A program made the position numbers and the translations under genes. From an uncultured Eubacteriales bacterium (GTDB lineage Bacteria > Bacillota > Clostridia > Oscillospirales > Oscillospiraceae): a DNA stretch of 64,000 nucleotides. Below, in pieces: positions 58,801 to 64,000 of this stretch. The notes under the pieces were generated by a model, which made no database searches, was not told the origin of the DNA, and saw nothing but the letters and a program-made list of their open reading frames with translations. The number at the start of each line of letters is the position of its first letter. The first letter of the stretch is position 1. The DNA is taken from contig USLX01000001.1 of NCBI GenBank assembly GCA_900555665.1, positions 2,689-66,688 on the forward strand. Direction: 5' to 3'.

Positions 58801-59803
58801 GCCAGCGTCCTCCTACCGGCGGCGCAACCTTCGGCGCGCGCGGATCGAGCAGCCAGGTGGCCGCGTAGTGGGTGTCAGTGATTTGAAACATTGGCGGCGC
58901 CTCGCGATAGTCGATCCCGAGCGCATACGCATTCCGCGCGGCGAAGGCATCGCCGGCCGGCGGATCGATGAGCGTCGGCGGCATCCCGGGAATGGTGTAG
59001 AGCGGCTCGCCGTGCCGCGCCAGTGCCGGCAGCGCCCGCAGCAGCGCCCAGGTATAGGGATGGCGCGGGTCATAATAGACCTCCTCCGCCGTCCCGAGTT
59101 CCACGATCCGCCCCGCATACATCACCGCCACGCGGTCGGCCACCCGGGCCACCACACCGAGATCGTGCGACACGAGCACCGTCGCCGTCCCGAGCTTTTG
59201 CTGTACGTCCCGCAGCAGATCCAAAATCTGCGCCTGAATCGTCACGTCCAGCGCCGTCGTCGGCTCGTCAGCGAAGAGAAGTTTGGGTTTCCCCGCCAGC
59301 GCAATGGCAAGCACCACCCGCTGGCGCATCCCGCCGGAGAGCTGGTGCGGGTAGAGCGCCATCCGCTCCGCCGCCCGCTCGATCCCGACCAGCGCCAAAA
59401 GCTCCTCCACGCGCGCGGAGACCGTCTTGCGTGAAGCTCCCGGATTTTGCACGCGCACCGCCTCGGCAATCTGGCTGCCGACGGTCATGCTGGGGTTCAG
59501 CGCCGTCATCGGATCCTGAAATACCATGGAAAACAGCCGCCCCCGCAGCCTGCGCATCTCGCGCTCAGAGTAGCGCGCAATGTCCACGCCCCCGGCCAGC
59601 ACCTCGCCCTCTACGCGCGCGGAGCCCGGCAGCAGATGCAAAATAGCCCGGCACATCGCGCTCTTGCCGCAGCCGGATTCCCCAACCACGGCCAAAACCT
59701 CGCCCGGCCGCACCGAAAAGCTGACGCCCCGCACTGCCTGCACGTCCCCGCGCGGCGAGGCGTAGGTCACAGATAAATTTTTGACTTCCAACAGCTCCGA
59801 CAT
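58793..59803 (-). CDS. Peptide/nickel ABC ATPase (OppD-like)
   Basis: [28 protein letters not shown] and HPYT. Confidence 0.92.
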   Translation of the reverse strand: MSELLEVKNLSVTYASPRGDVQAVRGVSFSVRPGEVLAVVGESGCGKSAMCRAILHLLPGSARVEGEVLAGGVDIARYSEREMRRLRGRLFSMVFQDPMTALNPSMTVGSQIAEAVRVQNPGASRKTVSARVEELLALVGIERAAERMALYPHQLSGGMRQRVVLAIALAGKPKLLFADEPTTALDVTIQAQILDLLRDVQQKLGTATVLVSHDLGVVARVADRVAVMYAGRIVELGTAEEVYYDPRHPYTWALLRALPALARHGEPLYTIPGMPPTLIDPPAGDAFAARNAYALGIDYREAPPMFQITDTHYAATWLLDPRAPKVAPPVGGRWHE

Positions 59804-59905
59804 AACGTTCCTCATAAACGCGCAAACGCAGGGGGCATCCCCGCCCCCTGTGTCCGCCGGTTTCTATTTGATGAATTGGGTATTTGCAATGTGCCAGATG
59901 ATCGT

Positions 59906-60020
59906 TGCAAGGGCCGATGCCCTCATCGGCCCATCCGAAGGCTCCCCCTCCGGGGGAGCTGTCACGGCAAAGCCGTGACTGAGAGGGGACTGTCGCCGAA
60001 GGCGACTGGGGGAGCTCCCG
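59906..60020. repeat. REP-like cluster R8 inside the transporter operon
   Basis: GGGCCGATGCCCTCATCGGCCC palindrome followed by AAGGCTCCCCC-TCC-GGGGGAGCTGTCA-CGGCAAAGCCG-TGACTGAGAGG. Confidence 0.8.
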
Positions 60021-60035
60021 CGGGAATCAACGTGC

Positions 60036-61619
60036 TCAGTCGAGCGTCCACGTCTCGACGTTCCAGAAGATCCCGACGCCGTGGTGGCCCATAACGGTCT
60101 CCGTGTCGATGCCGTGCAGCCGGCTCGTCGCGACATAGTTCGCGTCGATGTAGCAGATGAAGGCGTAGGCCGGATCGTTCGCCAGCGCAACCTGGAATTC
60201 GTCGTAATACTGCTTGCGCACCGCCGGGTCGCTCGACTCGCGTGCCTTCGTCAGCGCCTCGTCGACTTCGGCGTTCGAATAACCGGAGTAATTCGCGCCC
60301 TTGTCCGTGCCGAACACCTTATAGGTGTGGTCGTCCGCGTCAAACGGACTGCCCCAGCCGATGAGACACGCCATCTGCCCGCCCCAGTCCATCACGGCCG
60401 GGATGTCCACCGTGCAGTGGATGCCCACCTCGCGCAGTTGCTGTGCGGCGGCCTGGGCGATGTCGATGCGATCCTGTTCTCCGGACATGACGCTGATCGT
60501 GAAGGCGATCTCCGCGCCGCCGCGCTCATAATAGCCGTCCGCGCCCATCACGCAGCCCGCATCCTCCAAAATCTGCTTTGCCTTCTCCGGATGATAGTCG
60601 TAGTGCTCGACGTTTTCATTGTTGTAGATATTCCGCTGCAGCGGCCCGTAGGCGGGCATGCCCTGCCCGAGCAGCACGGCGTCCACAATGGCCTGCCGGT
60701 CGAGGGCGTAGCAGATCGCCGGGATGAGGTCGCGGTTTTCCTGCCAATATTCGTTCCAGAAGTTGAAGAGAATGCCGCGGTAATCGCTCGTCTTCATGTC
60801 GTAGCTGGTATACCCGTCCTTGCCCTGGAACTGCGCGGCGTTTTTCGGATCGAGCAGCGCAAGGTCGAGTTCACCGGACTCCAGCTGCAGCGCCTGCGCG
60901 TTGTCATCCGGCACGATTTTAAACACGATCCGCTCGATGTTCGGCGCGCCTCGATAATAGTCCTCGTTCCGCACCAGAATGATCGCCTGCGCCGGATCCC
61001 AGCGCTCGAGCTTGTAGGGGCCCGTGCCGACCGGTGCACGGAAAAATGCCGACTCCTGCCAGTCCTCACCCGCAAGCAAATGCTCCGGCAGAACGGCCAT
61101 CGTCATATAGTCGAGAAACGCCACATTCGGCGCGGACAGGCGGAAGGCGACCGTCCGGGCATCCACCACCGTAATCTCTTCCACATCTTCAAAGTTCGGC
61201 GCGTTTTCCGATCCGTTGTCCGGATCCATGATCGCCTCGATGGTAAATTTGACGTCGCCCGCCGTAACCGGCTCCCCGTCGTGCCATTTCAGCCCTTCGC
61301 GCAGATAAAATGTATAGGTGTTCGTCTCCTCGTCCACGTCCCAGCGTTCGGCCAATCCCGGTACAACGTTGTTCTCTCCGTCGTGCGCCGTCAGCCCGTC
61401 AAAGAGCAGCAGGTTGATCTCCCCGTGCTCGTCCATGGCTGGGTTGATGCGCGTGTAGTCCGCCGAGCCGTAGGTCAGCGTGCTGCCCTCCGTGCCGTCA
61501 GCCATCGCGGTCTGTGCCGCGTCGGGTGTGGTGGTGTCGGTGGGAGCAGTGGTTTTTGCGCAGGCTGCCAGCGAGAGCAGCATGCCGAGCGCCAAAAGCG
61601 CCGCCAGAATTTTTTTCAT
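60036..61619 (-). CDS. Family-5 ABC substrate-binding lipoprotein (peptide/nickel)
   Basis: Lipobox LAAC; LFDGL, PGLAERW, KWHDGEPVTAGDVKFT and PVGTGPY. Confidence 0.92.
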   Translation of the reverse strand: MKKILAALLALGMLLSLAACAKTTAPTDTTTPDAAQTAMADGTEGSTLTYGSADYTRINPAMDEHGEINLLLFDGLTAHDGENNVVPGLAERWDVDEETNTYTFYLREGLKWHDGEPVTAGDVKFTIEAIMDPDNGSENAPNFEDVEEITVVDARTVAFRLSAPNVAFLDYMTMAVLPEHLLAGEDWQESAFFRAPVGTGPYKLERWDPAQAIILVRNEDYYRGAPNIERIVFKIVPDDNAQALQLESGELDLALLDPKNAAQFQGKDGYTSYDMKTSDYRGILFNFWNEYWQENRDLIPAICYALDRQAIVDAVLLGQGMPAYGPLQRNIYNNENVEHYDYHPEKAKQILEDAGCVMGADGYYERGGAEIAFTISVMSGEQDRIDIAQAAAQQLREVGIHCTVDIPAVMDWGGQMACLIGWGSPFDADDHTYKVFGTDKGANYSGYSNAEVDEALTKARESSDPAVRKQYYDEFQVALANDPAYAFICYIDANYVATSRLHGIDTETVMGHHGVGIFWNVETWTLD

Positions 61620-61770
61620 CGTTCCTCCAAAAAGTTCAGGCTTCAGCCTCGTTCTGCCAGACTTCAGCCTGACGCTTCCCGTATTTTATCAGACTGATGC
61701 GTTGCTGTGAAGCTCCCTGGGGGGATATAATTTTGAAACCGCCGGCAAAAAGTTTCAGCGCCCCCAAAAA

Positions 61771-61824
61771 CGTATAAAAAATTATATAAACGATCTTGAC
61801 AACGTAGAAAAAATTCTATATACT
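61771..61824 (+). promoter_or_regulatory. SigA promoter with two 18-bp palindromic operator boxes
   Basis: TTGACA-17-TATACT (61796-61824); CGTATAAAAAATTATATA (61771) and CGTAGAAAAAATTCTATA (61803). Confidence 0.65.
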
Positions 61825-61899
61825 GCGAATAGAAGAAAAAACAGGAAGTTCCGAAGAAATACCTGCGTACATTCGCCATCAGCGAAGGAGGCCTTTACG

Positions 61900-63009
61900 A
61901 TGCGATACCTGGAATTGGACACTCCATCCCTGCTCATCGACCGGGAACGGCTGATGAAAAACCTGAACGAAATGCAGTCCTATGCAGACGCGCACGGCGC
62001 AGCCCTCCGCCCGCATACAAAGACGCACAAATGCCCGGAGATCGCCAAACTGCAGCTTGCCGCCGGCGCCTGCGGCTTCGCCGTGGCCAAGGTCGGCGAG
62101 GCCGAAGCAATGGCGGCGGCCGGGCTCGATGACATTTTCATCGCCAACGAGATTGTCGGCGAGAAAAAGCTCCGCCGCATTGCCGCGCTGGCAAGGCACG
62201 GCGTGAAGCTTGCCTTCGGCGTGGACACGCCCTGCCAGGTGACGGCGGCGGAGGCCGTCTTCGCGCAGGAGGGCGTCTCCGTGCCGGTGCTCATCGAGAT
62301 CGAAGTCGGCGAAAACCGCTCCGGCATCCTTTCGGAAACCGACTTTCTCGCGCTGCTCGATGCCATCCGCGCCTGTCCGCACGTCCCGTTCGGCGGCATT
62401 TTCTCGCACGACGGCAACAGCTACTCCGCGCCTGATCTCGCTGCCCTCCGCGCGCTGTCAGAAGGCGCGCAGCGCCGCACGCTGCACTTTGCAGCCCTCG
62501 CCGCCGCGCAGGATATGCCCTGCCGGACGGTCAGCTACGGCGCCACGCCCACCTTTATGAACCACGTCGACATCCTTCCCGGCATCACCGAGCTTCGCCC
62601 CGGAACCTATGCCCTCATGGATGCCTCGCAGGGCCACGCCATCGGCACACTGGATCGCTGCGCGGCCACCGTGCTCGCCACAGTCATCAGCCGCCCGACG
62701 CCGGAGCGTACCATCCTCGATGTCGGCGCGAAGGGCCTCACGATGCAGTCCCGCACCGAGGGCCTCTGCGCCACCCCCGGCAAGGGCACACTCTATGACC
62801 AGCCGGATGTCCACATTGAAAAGGTCTTCGACGAGCACGCCATCATCAACGACCCATCGTTCCGCGCGTCCGTCGCCGTCGGCGAAAAGGTGCGCATCAT
62901 CCCGGTGCATATCTGCCCCGTCTGCAACCTCTATGAGCGGGCATATCTCATTTCCGGGGACGAAGTCGTGCAGGAGCTGGACATCGCCGCGCGCGGCAAG
63001 CTGCAGTAA
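61900..63009 (+). CDS. Fold-type III PLP enzyme (D-serine dehydratase/D-threonine aldolase-like)
   Basis: LDTPSL, LRPHTKTHK, ELRPGTY, LDVGAKGL, DEHA and PVHICP. Confidence 0.88.
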   Translation: MRYLELDTPSLLIDRERLMKNLNEMQSYADAHGAALRPHTKTHKCPEIAKLQLAAGACGFAVAKVGEAEAMAAAGLDDIFIANEIVGEKKLRRIAALARHGVKLAFGVDTPCQVTAAEAVFAQEGVSVPVLIEIEVGENRSGILSETDFLALLDAIRACPHVPFGGIFSHDGNSYSAPDLAALRALSEGAQRRTLHFAALAAAQDMPCRTVSYGATPTFMNHVDILPGITELRPGTYALMDASQGHAIGTLDRCAATVLATVISRPTPERTILDVGAKGLTMQSRTEGLCATPGKGTLYDQPDVHIEKVFDEHAIINDPSFRASVAVGEKVRIIPVHICPVCNLYERAYLISGDEVVQELDIAARGKLQ

Positions 63010-63018
63010 GGAGAAGCC

Positions 63019-63657
63019 ATGGAAATCCGAAGCGTCCTGCAGCCCTATGTCCCCATCGCCGAGATGCTGTCCGCGACATTCGCGCCCGACTGTGAGGCCG
63101 TCCTGCACGACCTCGCCGCGCCCGAGCGCTCCGTCGTCTATGTGGCAAATCCCACCGTCACGGGCCGGAAGGTTGGCGACAGTTTCGACCAGCTCGTCCG
63201 CCAGGTCATCCTCTCCCGCGACCTGCGGGAGGATTTTGTCGCAAATTACTATTTTACCGCCCCAAACGGCAAGCGCATCCGTTCCTCCACGCTCCTCATC
63301 CGCGGCCGGGACGGCAAGCTCGAGGGCGCACTCTGCCTCAACCTCGACACCACGCGCGTACAGGCCCAGCTGGACTTCCTGCAAAGCCTCCTGCCGCAGC
63401 CTCCGGCGGCCAATCCCCCGGAAGCGGCAGAGCCGGCGCATATCTCCGTCATGATTGAAAATCTGATGGACGGCATCGTCGGCGGCGCGGACGGCGCGGC
63501 CCTCACACGCGAGCAGCGCATCGAAAAGGTGCGCTTTATGGAGGAAAAAGGCCTGTTTTTGATGAAGGGCAGCATCGAAAAAGCCGCCGAAAAGCTCGGC
63601 GTCAATAAAGTCACCATCTACAGCTATTTAGACGAAGTCAGGGGGAAACACGCATGA
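63019..63657 (+). CDS. YheO-like PAS + HTH transcriptional regulator
   Basis: CEAVLHDL..PERSVV, VTGRKVG, IRSST, LCLN and GLFLMKG..AAEKLGVNKVTIYSYL. Confidence 0.88.
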   Translation: MEIRSVLQPYVPIAEMLSATFAPDCEAVLHDLAAPERSVVYVANPTVTGRKVGDSFDQLVRQVILSRDLREDFVANYYFTAPNGKRIRSSTLLIRGRDGKLEGALCLNLDTTRVQAQLDFLQSLLPQPPAANPPEAAEPAHISVMIENLMDGIVGGADGAALTREQRIEKVRFMEEKGLFLMKGSIEKAAEKLGVNKVTIYSYLDEVRGKHA

Positions 63658-64000
63658 GAGCCATCACACTGCCAAGCGTCCTGGAAAATAAGGGCCATTA
63701 CGTCCCCGGCATGATCTCCGGCGACAAGCTCTATATCTCCGGCCAGCTCCCGGTGCACCATGAGACCGGCACGCCGATGGCAGAGGCCATCGAGCAGCAG
63801 ACCCGCGACGCGCTCCACAATGTCGAGCGCGTCCTGCTTGCTGCCGGATGCACGAAGGAGGATGTCGTCCTTTGCCGCCTCTACATCCCGGACGTCGCGG
63901 CCTGGGACGCGGTCAACGCCGTCTACGCGGCATTTTTCGGCGCCCATAAGCCGGCCCGCGTCATCGTTCCCACGCGGGAACTGCACCACGGCGCACGGAT
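63654..64000 (+). CDS. RidA-family protein (partial, runs off window)
   Basis: Absent from the ORF track. MRAITL..KGHYVPG..LYISGQLP..QT..AL.NV..VL..AG..VNAVYAAFFG.HKPAR. Confidence 0.85.
   Translation, partial: MRAITLPSVLENKGHYVPGMISGDKLYISGQLPVHHETGTPMAEAIEQQTRDALHNVERVLLAAGCTKEDVVLCRLYIPDVAAWDAVNAVYAAFFGAHKPARVIVPTRELHHGAR

Noticed and set aside
1476..60020. Dispersed palindromic repeats as a CRISPR array or tRNA genes
   Set aside because: No regular repeat-spacer periodicity and no cloverleaf, T-loop or CCA signatures.

Overview
GC-rich (roughly 60% by eye) chromosomal segment of a spore-forming Clostridia bacterium, probably Oscillospiraceae-like (inferred from yabP/yabQ/divIC, csaB, the T-box and codon style). 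It is mostly housekeeping: two MarR + heterodimeric ABC exporter modules, glyA with a glycine riboswitch, a csaB/tagA cell-wall polymer cluster, tmk, mltG and a U32 peptidase, the recJ-rel-dtd-hemZ-mazG-hup-yabOPQ-divIC block, lipid genes, a peptide/nickel ABC operon followed by larEBC, and a D-amino-acid PLP enzyme/YheO/RidA operon. I see no rRNA, tRNA, CRISPR array or transposase. The most interesting signals are non-coding. (1) A family of modular, nested two-hairpin repeats whose shared inserts differ by compensatory base changes. (2) Three copies of a ~160-bp TIR-bounded hairpin element (MITE-like), one of which supplies the stop codon of larC. (3) A promoter-leader-terminator attenuator of unknown class in front of larE-larB-larC. 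(4) An orphan T-box where strand G/C skew flips, probably a rearrangement breakpoint. (5) A singlet glycine riboswitch with a visible OFF-switch mechanism on glyA. Start sites were adjusted by eye, and family assignments come from recognised motifs, not database searches.
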